From Candidatus Iainarchaeum sp. (GTDB taxonomy: Archaea > Iainarchaeota > Iainarchaeia > Iainarchaeales > DTGL01): DNA of 42,126 nucleotides. The first letter of the stretch is position 1. Each line of letters starts with the position of its first letter. The position numbers were made by a program, and so were the translations under genes. Location of the stretch: contig JAFCEU010000001.1 of NCBI GenBank assembly GCA_017608995.1, forward strand, positions 1-42,126. The letters are read 5' to 3'. The notes beneath the pieces were generated by a model, which was given only the letters and a program-made list of their open reading frames with translations, was not told the origin of the DNA and searched no databases. Below, in pieces: positions 7,093-16,222 of this stretch.

Positions 7093-7251
7093 ATGAGGTA
7101 TTGTAATAATTGTGAATACAGTTTTGCGACAAAACACACTTGCACTAACAAGAAAAGCGAATATTACGGCCTAACTATGAGGCAGATAGAGGAAAAAAAA
7201 GGCAGGGGTAAAGCCTTTTGCGTTTTATTCAAAAAAAAGAGAAGGTGGTGA
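7093..7251 (+). CDS. small Cys-containing protein (52 aa)
   Basis: GAGGTGA SD, then ATG 7093; CNNC...C; 53 codons verified by hand. Confidence 0.5.
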   Translation: MRYCNNCEYSFATKHTCTNKKSEYYGLTMRQIEEKKGRGKAFCVLFKKKRRW

Positions 7252-7254
7252 AAA

Positions 7255-7416
7255 TTGAAAATCTATATTGTTGTGGACACGCATGGAAGGGGAAAACAGG
7301 CAATACAGCAGGTTTTTACAAACCGAATAAAAGCCTTGAAATATATTGAAAAATGGGAAGCGTTAGGGCAAACAGGATTAGAAGTCTATATGTTTGAAAC
7401 AGGGGGGAGAAAATGA
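7255..7416 (+). CDS. hypothetical protein (53 aa, TTG start)
   Basis: GAAGGTGGTGA SD 5 nt before TTG 7255; stop overlaps ATG 7413 (ATGA). Confidence 0.45.
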   Translation: MKIYIVVDTHGRGKQAIQQVFTNRIKALKYIEKWEALGQTGLEVYMFETGGRK

Positions 7417-8504
7417 ACAAAGAAAAACAATTACAGGAATTAAAAAAGGAAATTAAAAAAGCAGGCCTGGACACTGATACAATTGATTTACTGAATTTGG
7501 TGGACAGCAGTTTAACCCTGAATGAAAACAGGCAAAACATCTTCAAGCAGTTAGGCATAACGCCAGCACAAAACTTTAAAGCCCAAGAGGAAAAAGCAAG
7601 GCAACAGATGATTGAAAGAGAGGAAGAACACGCCAGCCAAGAATTTAACAAGGCAATTGACAGAATAATACAAGAAAGCAATCCAAGAGTAGCACAACAC
7701 TACAAAAACGCAATTGACTACATAAAAATGGTTGCAGAAGGATATACCAACGCACTTATTTTATGTGGTGAGGGGGGTTTAGGTAAAAGCCATATAGCCC
7801 TAAAAACACTCAAAGAGGAAAACACTGAATTTGAATACGTATCGGGCTATATAACCCCCCTTCAATTAGTGAACCTACTTTATCAAGGGAATGGCAAGCT
7901 GTTCTTTTTTGACGATTGCGAGGGACTTTTTAATGACGATAAAACGTTGGCAATACTCAAATCAGCGACTTGGCAAATAGGAGATGAGAGAATAGTAATG
8001 TATCACAGTTCAACTGAAAAACTGACAGCTCCAACAAAGTTTTCCTGCAACAGCAGGTTTATCTTCTGCATAAACCAGCTTCCAAGCCAAAGCCCAACAC
8101 TTGAAGCCCTAATAAACAGAACGCTTTACTACAAAATCCATTTCCCATTCAAAGAAAAAATAAAACTATTTTTTGAAGTAGCAAAACAACCCTACAAAGA
8201 GTTAAGCAGGCAGGACAGATTTGCGGTAGTGCAATTCTTAAAAGAAAAGTGCAACGAGGCAACCGAAAACTTGAGTATAAGGACTTTGCTCAAGGGATTT
8301 GATATGCTTTCCTACTCTAAAAGCGGTTGGAAGAGGTTGCTTTCAGGCGTTTTGGATAAAAACGAATACCTTGATTTTATAATGCAAATTGAACATTTGA
8401 AACCATTAGAACAAGTGGAAGCGTTTAAGCAACGCTTTGGCTTAAGCCAAGCGACATTCTACCGAAAAAAGAAAATACTTAAAGAGAGAAGGGGGATTAT
8501 GTAG
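7413..8504 (+). CDS. AAA+ ATPase with C-terminal HTH-like tail (Orc1/Cdc6-like or clamp-loader-like)
   Basis: Walker A GEGGLGKSH, Walker B LFFFDDCE, sensor-1-like FIFCINQ, Arg-containing LSIRTLLK. Sits next to the PCNA gene. Confidence 0.8.
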   Translation: MNKEKQLQELKKEIKKAGLDTDTIDLLNLVDSSLTLNENRQNIFKQLGITPAQNFKAQEEKARQQMIEREEEHASQEFNKAIDRIIQESNPRVAQHYKNAIDYIKMVAEGYTNALILCGEGGLGKSHIALKTLKEENTEFEYVSGYITPLQLVNLLYQGNGKLFFFDDCEGLFNDDKTLAILKSATWQIGDERIVMYHSSTEKLTAPTKFSCNSRFIFCINQLPSQSPTLEALINRTLYYKIHFPFKEKIKLFFEVAKQPYKELSRQDRFAVVQFLKEKCNEATENLSIRTLLKGFDMLSYSKSGWKRLLSGVLDKNEYLDFIMQIEHLKPLEQVEAFKQRFGLSQATFYRKKKILKERRGIM

Positions 8505-8551
8505 CTTTTTCTCACTTTTCTCATTTTATCAAATGCAAGGGGGTGAAGTAA

Positions 8552-9382
8552 GTGAAGATTGAAACAAGCGAGGAAGCACTGCAAGTAGTGAAAATGATTG
8601 CCGAAATGCAGGAAGTTTGCGGTGAAACAAACATTACAGCGACAAAAGACAAGCTACTAATACAAGCAATTGACGGAAGCCAAACCGCTTTTGTGGAAGC
8701 GGAAATTGAAACAAGCACAGGCGTAGAACAAGAGGAAAAATTTGGAGTAAACGCAAACGATTTAGCAACGGTTCTGCGGGCATTACGGGGGCAAACGCTG
8801 AAAATGGAAACAGGGGAAAAAAACGAGCTGGTAATCAAAACAGGGGACGACTACTCAAAAGAACAAAACGAGCTAACCTTGTTCCTTGAGCCAGCACACG
8901 ACTTGGAAATGGCAACCAAAGCAGTAAGGCAAATAGAACACACGCAAACAGTGAAAATAGAGGGAACACAGGATTTCAGAACAGGGCTGAAGCTGGCTGG
9001 TTTAATAGATGAGGGAACTGTGCTGTTTGAAACAACCAAAGACAACCTTTTTCTAATAACGGCAAACGGACAAAGAGGAACATTCAAGAGAAGAATACGC
9101 ATAAAGTCAGGTGTCCACGCAAAAGGGTTGCCTACAAAAACAGCATTAAACAGGGAGCAACTGTTACAGTTAGTGAAAGCAAAGGCAACAGATGTCCAAC
9201 TGCATTTAGGCAACAACAAGCCAATCCTAATAGAATACGAGTTAGGTAACGCAAAAACAAAGATATGGGTTGCCCCAAGAATAATGGACTACGAAAGCCC
9301 GACAGCGAAAGAAGAAGAAATAGAGGAATTGGAAGAAGGGGCAGAAGAAGAACAGGAAAAAGTAATGGAAGCAATAGCCTAA
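8552..9382 (+). CDS. PCNA-like sliding clamp with acidic C-terminal tail
   Basis: GTG start after AAGGGGGTGA. ...LLIQAIDGSQTAFVEAEI...FGVNANDLATVLRAL... and C-terminal ...IWVAPRI match the archaeal PCNA layout (compare the Pyrococcus PCNA C-terminal FLLAPRV). Confidence 0.75.
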   Translation: MKIETSEEALQVVKMIAEMQEVCGETNITATKDKLLIQAIDGSQTAFVEAEIETSTGVEQEEKFGVNANDLATVLRALRGQTLKMETGEKNELVIKTGDDYSKEQNELTLFLEPAHDLEMATKAVRQIEHTQTVKIEGTQDFRTGLKLAGLIDEGTVLFETTKDNLFLITANGQRGTFKRRIRIKSGVHAKGLPTKTALNREQLLQLVKAKATDVQLHLGNNKPILIEYELGNAKTKIWVAPRIMDYESPTAKEEEIEELEEGAEEEQEKVMEAIA

Positions 9383-9406
9383 TGGCTATTGCCCTTTTTC
9401 TTTTTT
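9371..9406 (+). terminator. stem-loop plus T-tracts
   Basis: Perfect 9-bp stem GCAATAGCC/GGCTATTGC around the PCNA stop, followed by CCTTTTTCTTTTTT. Confidence 0.6.
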
Positions 9407-9595
9407 CAAGTGTTATTAACGATAATAACAACTATTCTTATTAACGTTTTTTGCAGAATTTGGGGTAAGCAACCTTTAACCGCTTGAGTCTATCTCGTTC
9501 TTCTTTAATCAACAGCTGGTGGGTGACTTTCAAGATAATCTATATAGTGGAAAATTGCAAAGCATAAATCTTCTTTTTGCTTTTTTGTAAGCATT

Positions 9596-10270
9596 TTACC
9601 TCAAGCTTAAATTATAAAGTTCAACTTCATCAATTGTTCCGATAAAGCCGCCCATTGTGTCAGAATAAGCTCCAATTACCAAAGGCACACTGCTTGAATT
9701 TAAATTTGAGCTGTTGCCATAAACTTCTCCCTGTTTTTCACCATCAATATAGAATGACAGCTTTTTTTGCGGGCCGTTCCAGACAAGAAGAAGCTCATGC
9801 CAGTTCAAGTCAGGCCCTCTTAAAGCAGGGATATACAGAAGCTTTCCTGTGTTGTCATAAGCTCTTGCAAAAAACTGGCCGCTTGGGCCAACCCCTATAC
9901 AAAACACATCATTCTCAGTAACACCGCCTGTTACATCCCTTGCGATAACTGCCTGATAGCGTTCACCATAATCATCGAGCTTTGCGTTTAATTTGATAGA
10001 GGCCTGATTTGCTCCATTGAGAACTGTTACAGGAAACTCAACAAAGTTATTTCCGCTGAAACTTAAAGCATAGCCCCCTGCCAAACCAGACACCCATTTT
10101 GCTCCAGAAATAGTCCCGGTAATGCCGCCAATTGAATCCCTAACTGTATTGCCGTGGCCCTCGTTAAAAGACCATTTTGCAATCGGCTGAATTTTCTGCA
10201 TTAACATTAGGCCAATTGCTCCTGCTAAGCCAGCTAAACCAGCCAAAATTAACAACAGTTTTTTGTTCAT
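9596..10270 (-). CDS. LamG / concanavalin-A-like lectin-fold protein with N-terminal signal or anchor
   Basis: Hydrophobic N-terminus, then W-x-F-NEGHGNTVRDS...G...GA-W..G..G-AL-F-G, W-H-x-L-x-V-W, LSFYIDG, GxIDEV-x-LYN-x-L: the Laminin_G_3 pattern. Confidence 0.85.
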   Translation of the reverse strand: MNKKLLLILAGLAGLAGAIGLMLMQKIQPIAKWSFNEGHGNTVRDSIGGITGTISGAKWVSGLAGGYALSFSGNNFVEFPVTVLNGANQASIKLNAKLDDYGERYQAVIARDVTGGVTENDVFCIGVGPSGQFFARAYDNTGKLLYIPALRGPDLNWHELLLVWNGPQKKLSFYIDGEKQGEVYGNSSNLNSSSVPLVIGAYSDTMGGFIGTIDEVELYNLSLR

Positions 10271-10293
10271 AACCTATTTTATTAATTCGGAGA

Positions 10294-11109
10294 TTAATAA
10301 ATTTTTCTTTTTACAGCAACCGTTCCGTCCCTATACAAAAGAATTTCTGCAAATGAGTTGGTAGGGAAGGCTCCGTCAACCATTGCCTCAATTGTATAAT
10401 ATTTAATGTTGTTAATGGTTCTTTCATCGCTTAAATGGTTATGTCCCTGGAAGACAGCCGCTACTTTGCCAGAGTTCTCAAAAATCTCTCTAACAGAAGA
10501 AGCATTTTTCACAAAATGTATCCCTGTTCCATCAAGCCTGTGGTGTATAAATACAATTGTCGGAAAGCTGGTTTTTTTTAAATCCTCTTCCAGCCAGGAC
10601 AGTTCAAAGGGCGGGATATAAGATTTGTCAAGAGAATCAGGGTATCCTGTGCCCAGCTCGTTATAGTGGGCATCCAAAACTATGAAATGAAAACCGTTTT
10701 TATCGAAAGAATAATAAGAAGCAGCATACCCTGTTTTCTTCAGCCACTCTGGCCTATTAAACCCGCCATGGTTACCCATTACGTGGTACTTTTCCCCCTC
10801 AAACGAGTTAAATACTTTCACAATGTAGTCCCACTCGGTTTCGTCCCAAAGGCTGTCAATGAAATCCCCGCATTCAATAATGAAATCAGGCAAAAATTCA
10901 TTCATTTCATTGATAAAAGACAACAGTTTTTCATCAGCATCCCTGTAATAGCGGCTTTGGGCTGTAGGCTGGTCAGCCCAGTGAACATCGGTAACTAAAC
11001 CTATTTTTAGAACAGGGACAGGTTTCCTAAAAAGCCTTGAAATATAGTATGCGATTGCAGTTCCGCCGGCTATACCGAGCAAAATATAGATGGTTTTGGA
11101 GCTTTTCAT
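10294..11109 (-). CDS. calcineurin-like metallophosphoesterase with N-terminal TM anchor
   Basis: AGAAGGGAGAAAG SD before internal ATG 11109. Motifs DVHW, GDFID, GNHG, HH...GHNH in order. Confidence 0.85.
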   Translation of the reverse strand: MKSSKTIYILLGIAGGTAIAYYISRLFRKPVPVLKIGLVTDVHWADQPTAQSRYYRDADEKLLSFINEMNEFLPDFIIECGDFIDSLWDETEWDYIVKVFNSFEGEKYHVMGNHGGFNRPEWLKKTGYAASYYSFDKNGFHFIVLDAHYNELGTGYPDSLDKSYIPPFELSWLEEDLKKTSFPTIVFIHHRLDGTGIHFVKNASSVREIFENSGKVAAVFQGHNHLSDERTINNIKYYTIEAMVDGAFPTNSFAEILLYRDGTVAVKRKIY

Positions 11110-11120
11110 CTTTCTCCCTT

Positions 11121-11330
11121 CTACTTTAACCCAAACATCATCAATATGGATAACCCGCCAGCAACAAAAGGAGCAGGTGCCTTGACATTCACCCCCAACA
11201 AGGTCAGAATCAAGGCAAGGCAAAACAGCAAAAGCCATTTATGCCACTTTAACTCATTCTTAATGACGCCAAGCTCCTCATTGATTGTGGAAATGTGGCT
11301 CTTAATTGCCTCTAACTCTTTTTTTGTCAA
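11121..11330 (-). CDS. small membrane protein (coiled N-terminus plus 2 hydrophobic segments)
   Basis: 69-aa ORF, 4-nt overlap with the upstream gene; WLLLFCLALILTLLG and FVAGGLSILMMFGL. Confidence 0.6.
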   Translation of the reverse strand: MTKKELEAIKSHISTINEELGVIKNELKWHKWLLLFCLALILTLLGVNVKAPAPFVAGGLSILMMFGLK

Positions 11331-12415
11331 AATCCCACCTTATTAACTTCTTTCATTTCCAAACTGGCAAACGCCTGCTCCTTGCTTCTGCTGAAGTGGG
11401 TTGCCCAATCGCTCCAGGCACCAAACACCCGGGTTAAGCCTGCTCCATAACACCGAAACAAATATGTATTGGAATCAATCAATTGATAACTTTGCATACC
11501 TGAGTAGCAACAGTCATGTCCAATCGACATGAGAGTATTATGGTCATAGGTGCTGTCCACACAATCCTTGTCACCATACCACCTGCCATTACTCCCTGGG
11601 ACTCCTGTACCAGGGGTTCCTTCTACCGCACCGTAAAAACAACGGTATTGGTTTGCTTTAAAATCCTCTTCTCTGGCTCTGCCCTGCCTTGTTCCCCAAA
11701 TCCCTGGGACTTTGTCCTCATGTCCGGGTGCAGCGCTACCAGGCGGGTTTACATCATTAAAAATATTATAAGCGTCCCCTGTTGAAGTCCCTCTGCCCCA
11801 GCCCTGCAACTTGTAAGCCCTGATTTCAACAGTCGTGGTTCCGGCAGGCAGGCTAATGCTATAAGGCCCGATTTGTTTGTCGATATCCATCAAAAAAGCG
11901 GGAAAAGAATGCAGGTCTAAATTATCTTCTGCAATGCACCCATAGTCCGGATGCGTGCCGGTGCATTTCGTAGTAACTTTTGAGTCATTTCTTGGGCCTG
12001 GGACAAAACCAAAAAATTCGTTGTTAACAAACCAAGCAAACCCAATGAGGCTGTACTGGTTTCGGGTTATGGTTACCTGGGCGGTCCAAATAGCTGAATC
12101 TCCCTTGACTTCCAAAATCGAATGGATTGCCATACCTTCCTCAAGGGATATGTTTGTTTCAGATGACGGCGTTACTTCAACTGTTTTATGGGGCGATTCT
12201 GTAACGGATGTCCCATACAGATTTGAAACCTTTGCTTTTGCAAAAACCTCCCAAGTTCCAAAACCCAGTTCAACTGAATCTGAAACGCTTTCTCCTTTTG
12301 CAACAGAATCCCAAGTTGTGCTTTTCAATAGCGTACCGTTGCCATAGATTTCGATATTAAGGTTTGGTGCAGGAATCCCTTTTGTTACCGTGCCAGTGGC
12401 TATAACTTTTGCCAT
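11327..12415 (-). CDS. hypothetical virion-block protein (362 aa), beta-rich N-half, Cys/Gly-rich C-half
   Basis: Long ORF in the operon; no recognisable family. Confidence 0.7.
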   Translation of the reverse strand: MAKVIATGTVTKGIPAPNLNIEIYGNGTLLKSTTWDSVAKGESVSDSVELGFGTWEVFAKAKVSNLYGTSVTESPHKTVEVTPSSETNISLEEGMAIHSILEVKGDSAIWTAQVTITRNQYSLIGFAWFVNNEFFGFVPGPRNDSKVTTKCTGTHPDYGCIAEDNLDLHSFPAFLMDIDKQIGPYSISLPAGTTTVEIRAYKLQGWGRGTSTGDAYNIFNDVNPPGSAAPGHEDKVPGIWGTRQGRAREEDFKANQYRCFYGAVEGTPGTGVPGSNGRWYGDKDCVDSTYDHNTLMSIGHDCCYSGMQSYQLIDSNTYLFRCYGAGLTRVFGAWSDWATHFSRSKEQAFASLEMKEVNKVGF

Positions 12416-12416
12416 T

Positions 12417-12566
12417 TTAGGTTACCTCTATTTCGATTCTTGCTGCTGGGGCTTCACCTCCATCACCATTAGGGGGCGGTGTAGGTGTGGGTGCTTTCAG
12501 CAAAAACAAGGCTGCTGCTGCGCCAAGCGCACCTAAACCCAGCAAAATCCAATATTCTCTACGCAT
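12417..12566 (-). CDS. small membrane protein with Pro-rich tail (49 aa)
   Basis: ATG 12566; ILLGLGALGAAAALFLL then PTPTPPP; stop 1 nt before the next ATG. Verified codon by codon. Confidence 0.5.
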   Translation of the reverse strand: MRREYWILLGLGALGAAAALFLLKAPTPTPPPNGDGGEAPAARIEIEVT

Positions 12567-12598
12567 TTAAAAAGTATTATTTTCCAATTTAATAAAAT

Positions 12599-12985
12599 TT
12601 ACTGTGGAAACTCTACTTCAAAAGAAACAACAACATTTGCTGCTGCACTGCCGGAACCAGAAACATACTTAACGCTTAATTCGTCTCCAGGCTCCACTGA
12701 AAAAGTATGGCTTGTATCGTTTCCAGTGGTATTGCTTGCACTAACACTGCAGGTCAAAGATTGGTCAGAACCGTTCTTTCTAACCGTAATGGTGTCAGTT
12801 ACGCTTCCGCCAGGGGCCGTTGCCATTTTAACATACAGGTTTTTTGCCGTGCAGTTTCTTGCAACCGGAATCTTTAGCTCTGTTCCCGAAGCTGAGCCAT
12901 TGCCAGGCAAAGGGTAAATAGTTGCGTCACTGCCAACAGCTCCAGAAACGCCAAAAACAAGCAAATTTGTGTGGTTATTGCCCAT
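12599..12985 (-). CDS. hypothetical beta-rich protein (128 aa)
   Basis: ORF in the operon; Gly/Ser/Thr-rich. Confidence 0.7.
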   Translation of the reverse strand: MGNNHTNLLVFGVSGAVGSDATIYPLPGNGSASGTELKIPVARNCTAKNLYVKMATAPGGSVTDTITVRKNGSDQSLTCSVSASNTTGNDTSHTFSVEPGDELSVKYVSGSGSAAANVVVSFEVEFPQ

Positions 12986-12991
12986 TTTAAA

Positions 12992-13237
12992 TCACTCTAT
13001 TTTGCTCCAGTTGATTGATTGAATTAAATCAACAACTTCTTCTTTAATCGCTTTGAGTTTGTTCAAGGCTTTTTGCTTTTCGTCTGGCGGAATAGGCAAG
13101 TCAACCATTTTCCGTGTTATAGGGTGTCTCACTGAAATGGATTCCCCAAGAGAGTCAATGCGCTTTACTTTGCTGATAAGGGTTCCTATTTGTGAAAACT
13201 TGGTTATTAAATCATTTAATTCATTTCTTTTAACCAT
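12992..13237 (-). CDS. hypothetical protein (81 aa)
   Basis: ORF in the operon with an SD-like AGGAGGGAG upstream. Confidence 0.65.
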   Translation of the reverse strand: MVKRNELNDLITKFSQIGTLISKVKRIDSLGESISVRHPITRKMVDLPIPPDEKQKALNKLKAIKEEVVDLIQSINWSKIE

Positions 13238-13268
13238 TTTTTCTCCCTCCTTTAATCAATACGTTCAC

Positions 13269-14171
13269 CTATATTTGATTATGAGCTATTTCAGTATTAA
13301 TTCCCTCGTCTTGAATTTTTATAGGAGCAGTCCCGTTACATATATTTGAAGTAACAATACAATTGGTACCGTAAATAAAAATTTCTACACTGGTGTTGTT
13401 TTTAGAAATATTGCCTACAATTACATTACCATCGGTGTCTGCTGGGTCTGTAAGGGTTCCAATAAAGATACCAACATCGTTATTTTTACAAATGTTATTC
13501 TTAAGAATGCAATTCTTTGCCTGTATAATTATTCCATTATAACCGTTGTTATTGCAATGGTTGCCTGTTATAATGCTATAGTCAGATTTTACCTCCCCAA
13601 TTCCGTCATACTCATGTGTATAACTCTTAATAGAAATTCCTTCAAGATCATAGTCAGTTACTATATTATTTGTAATTATTGTATTAGTTGCCCCCTCACA
13701 ACCAATCCCTGTCCCCCAGCCATTAGTTAATATATTATGTGAAACAAGCACTCTATTGCAGTCGTCTACTAAATAAATAGCAGTATAACGAATCCCATCA
13801 AACCAACACCCAGTAATCATGCTATTTGACACTGTAACGAATCGAATACCCCCATTGCGGTTATCAACTGAATCAGAAAAAAATATATCTTTAATAATTA
13901 TCCCTTCAACATTTTCTGCGTGTAAAAATCGAGAATGTGTTGTTGTTTGAATTTTTGTGGCTTTCCCCGCGCCGATTAATGCCACATTATCCTTATTTAT
14001 TGTAATTGTTGAAGTGATAGTATAAGTCCCCTCTTTAATATAAACCACCCCGCCTTCATCTGGCAAAGCGTCAATTGCAGACTGAATGTCGGTAAAATCG
14101 CCAGTGCCATCAGTAGCTACAACCTTTGTAGCAACAGTTCTTGTTGCCCAAAAACCCATGCCCATTGTCAT
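13269..14171 (-). CDS. right-handed parallel beta-helix (pectate-lyase fold) protein, spike or depolymerase-like
   Basis: GGAGGT SD before ATG 14171. GDFTDIQSAIDALPDEGGVVYIKEGTY, then repeated NN-I/V-x-x-N...GI coils (NNIVTDY, GNHCNNNGYNGIII, NNICKNNDVGIFI). Confidence 0.85.
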   Translation of the reverse strand: MTMGMGFWATRTVATKVVATDGTGDFTDIQSAIDALPDEGGVVYIKEGTYTITSTITINKDNVALIGAGKATKIQTTTHSRFLHAENVEGIIIKDIFFSDSVDNRNGGIRFVTVSNSMITGCWFDGIRYTAIYLVDDCNRVLVSHNILTNGWGTGIGCEGATNTIITNNIVTDYDLEGISIKSYTHEYDGIGEVKSDYSIITGNHCNNNGYNGIIIQAKNCILKNNICKNNDVGIFIGTLTDPADTDGNVIVGNISKNNTSVEIFIYGTNCIVTSNICNGTAPIKIQDEGINTEIAHNQI

Positions 14172-14172
14172 T

Positions 14173-14271
14173 TTAAAGGACCTCCTTTTCTTCGGCTTCA
14201 ATCTTTTCTTTAACCATTTCAACAAACTTCTTCTCATTTTTCTTAAATTTTTTAACCTTTTCAATTTTCAT
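14173..14271 (-). CDS. small Lys/Glu-rich protein (32 aa)
   Basis: GAGGGGAA SD before ATG 14271; stop 1 nt before ATG 14171. Competes with the TTG-initiated N-terminal extension in the ORF track. Confidence 0.4.
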   Translation of the reverse strand: MKIEKVKKFKKNEKKFVEMVKEKIEAEEKEVL

Positions 14272-14277
14272 TTCCCC

Positions 14278-14589
14278 TCACGCCAGCAAAAATCCAATGA
14301 TATAAACCTCAGCAGTGTTCCCAGACTCGCAAATCAAATGGATAGAAGTAATAGGGACATCGCCACTCCACCACGCTTTCGCAGGAATTTTCATTCCGGT
14401 TGCAGTTGTAACAGTTGAGTCAAAGTCAATATAAACAGGGTTAGGGCCGTCATTCAAAATAAGAACACTGTTCATTTCCTGGGAGAAAGATGAAACAACC
14501 TCTGTTGCTCCAATTGTTCCCGGCCTTAAAATCTCTTTGCCCTTTGAAGCAGTGAAAACCTTGATGATTTCTGGCCTAATGCGGGTCAT
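14278..14589 (-). CDS. hypothetical beta-rich protein (103 aa)
   Basis: ATGA-type overlap with the upstream gene. Confidence 0.7.
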   Translation of the reverse strand: MTRIRPEIIKVFTASKGKEILRPGTIGATEVVSSFSQEMNSVLILNDGPNPVYIDFDSTVTTATGMKIPAKAWWSGDVPITSIHLICESGNTAEVYIIGFLLA

Positions 14590-15086
14590 TTCTCCATCTC
14601 CTTTTCAGCTGTCTTAATAACCTTGTGCTCTTCCCACTTTGGCCTCCTTAAAAAACCCCTGAAAAAACAGTTATAGGTCCGGGTTACAGTTGAATTATTC
14701 AAAGCCCAAACCTCTGCTTGCGAATAAGCAATTTTCGGGGGGTCAAAGATAACAGCATGGTCCCCGAAATCCTGCAATGAATCAGTTAAAGTTGGCTCCC
14801 AAACCCCATCAATCCAAATATAATAAGTAGTGTCATCAAAGTAAGTGATGTTAGGATACTGGAAATAAAACTCCCAGCCCTCCGGAACAGTTAGAATGAA
14901 TTGAACCAAATAGCCTGGCGGAACCTCTGCCTCGTTCCAATCGTAAATCGGTTGGTCTCTTTCAATTGCATTCCTCCTGATAAACCAGTCCTTCTGCTCC
15001 TCAAGCAACCTATTCGTTTTCTTCTGCTCTAACAATAAGTCTGCCAGAACAGGCAGCAGCGTTCTCTCTTCAAACCCTTTATCCAT
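14586..15086 (-). CDS. hypothetical protein (166 aa), aromatic-rich beta core
   Basis: GAGGAGGAGAAAG SD before the ATG. Confidence 0.7.
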   Translation of the reverse strand: MDKGFEERTLLPVLADLLLEQKKTNRLLEEQKDWFIRRNAIERDQPIYDWNEAEVPPGYLVQFILTVPEGWEFYFQYPNITYFDDTTYYIWIDGVWEPTLTDSLQDFGDHAVIFDPPKIAYSQAEVWALNNSTVTRTYNCFFRGFLRRPKWEEHKVIKTAEKEMEK

Positions 15087-15194
15087 GCTTTCTCCTCCTC
15101 AAAGCATTCAGTTGAGCCAGTTCCTTTACGTCAGGCTTTCTCACAATAACTTTAAGAGCCATGACAAAATAGTGTTTTCCAAGTTAAAAAATGT

Positions 15195-15587
15195 TTAAGA
15201 TGGAATGCATTCAAAGCCAATGGCTGAAACATAAGCCTTTGCCCCGGTAGCGCTAACCTTCAAAGACTTATTCAAGCCAACGCACACAGCATAGTTAATA
15301 GGCAAGGGAACAGCTTTTTTATCAGCAAACTCCAAATGGGTTTTCACTGTTGAATCAAAAAACACTTCAGCAGAACCAGTCCCGTCCATTGAAATAACCA
15401 ATCCAGCCAACTGAATCGCTTTCCCTGTTTCAGGAGTCCAAACAGTTTCAGTTGAGCCAGCCGCAACCTCCTTATACTTGATCTCGTTTACGGCGACTTT
15501 GCCTGGCCCCAGAAAAACCGAAAGCTGTCCAACAGGATTGACAATTGCCTTCCTTTCCTTGTGGGTTATTTCGATTTGTTTTGCCAT
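15195..15587 (-). CDS. hypothetical beta-rich protein (130 aa)
   Basis: Start abuts the upstream stop (15588). Confidence 0.7.
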   Translation of the reverse strand: MAKQIEITHKERKAIVNPVGQLSVFLGPGKVAVNEIKYKEVAAGSTETVWTPETGKAIQLAGLVISMDGTGSAEVFFDSTVKTHLEFADKKAVPLPINYAVCVGLNKSLKVSATGAKAYVSAIGFECIPS

Positions 15588-16025
15588 CTACTCAACTGCC
15601 CCAGATTGCTCGAGTTTCTCCCAAGCCTCCCCAGCCAAAGCCCTGACTTTCCCTGCTGTTTCCTTATCCATTAAAACGAAGTCCAGGACAATTGAGAAGT
15701 CTTCCTCGCTTGTGTTGGTGTTCTCTACAACGATTTCCCCTTCCTTGCCAGAAATTGCTATATATGGCTTGGGGAAAGTTGGCTCGTTCAATAGCTCTGT
15801 TCCAATCAAAATGTTTTCCTCGAAGTAGTTTCTAACGTTATTGAACCGAAAGTTTATCACATCAGCTGTTATGTCTCCAAACCTGTACTCGTAAACAAGC
15901 CACCACCTGCCGTTTGGAACAAGCAAGGGGATGCGCCTTGTTTCACCACCCTGAATGGTAACCTGATACCTTTTCTGACCAAACTCCCCGAACTGGGACA
16001 GGCTGAAAAGCAACTCGTTTTCCAT
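15588..16025 (-). CDS. hypothetical protein (145 aa)
   Basis: ORF in the operon. Confidence 0.7.
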   Translation of the reverse strand: MENELLFSLSQFGEFGQKRYQVTIQGGETRRIPLLVPNGRWWLVYEYRFGDITADVINFRFNNVRNYFEENILIGTELLNEPTFPKPYIAISGKEGEIVVENTNTSEEDFSIVLDFVLMDKETAGKVRALAGEAWEKLEQSGAVE

Positions 16026-16028
16026 AAA

Positions 16029-16190
16029 CTATTTATCGCTTTCCTTGTTTTTAACTTTGTCGCTTGCGCTTTGTCTTTGTATTTTTTGGGCCAACCGTAG
16101 AAATACAATTGCCTCGTTTCCCTGTAAATTAACCCTGTTTAGAAAAATCAAGAGCTGGTTTATCTCTTGTTCTGATAATTCCAGTTTCAT
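16029..16190 (-). CDS. hypothetical protein (53 aa)
   Basis: ATG 16190; stop 16029-16031 lies 3 nt before the next ATG. Verified by hand; fills an otherwise empty gap in the operon. Confidence 0.5.
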   Translation of the reverse strand: MKLELSEQEINQLLIFLNRVNLQGNEAIVFLRLAQKIQRQSASDKVKNKESDK

Positions 16191-16222
16191 ATTTTCTCTA
16201 ATTATTATTTATTCTTTGGATT

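Noticed and set aside
7413-8504. Interpreting the AAA+ ATPase as the genome-packaging ATPase or terminase
   Set aside because: It lies in the replication module next to PCNA and ligase. It has AAA+ sensor motifs and an HTH tail rather than FtsK/HerA-type or terminase nuclease features. It is kept as a replication-associated ATPase.
9505-9594. 29-aa minus-strand ORF directly after the LamG gene stop
   Set aside because: Too short and without SD. It lies in the convergent terminator region and cannot be supported from sequence alone.
13269-14264. Longer version of the beta-helix gene with a Lys/Arg-rich N-terminal extension (TTG start at 14264)
   Set aside because: An internal ATG at 14171 has a GGAGGT SD. 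The upstream 99 nt are better explained by a separate small ORF in another frame (14173..14271) with its own SD.
15079-15162. 27-aa minus-strand ORF between 15195..15587 and 14586..15086
   Set aside because: No SD, and it overlaps the next gene start. It is insufficiently supported.
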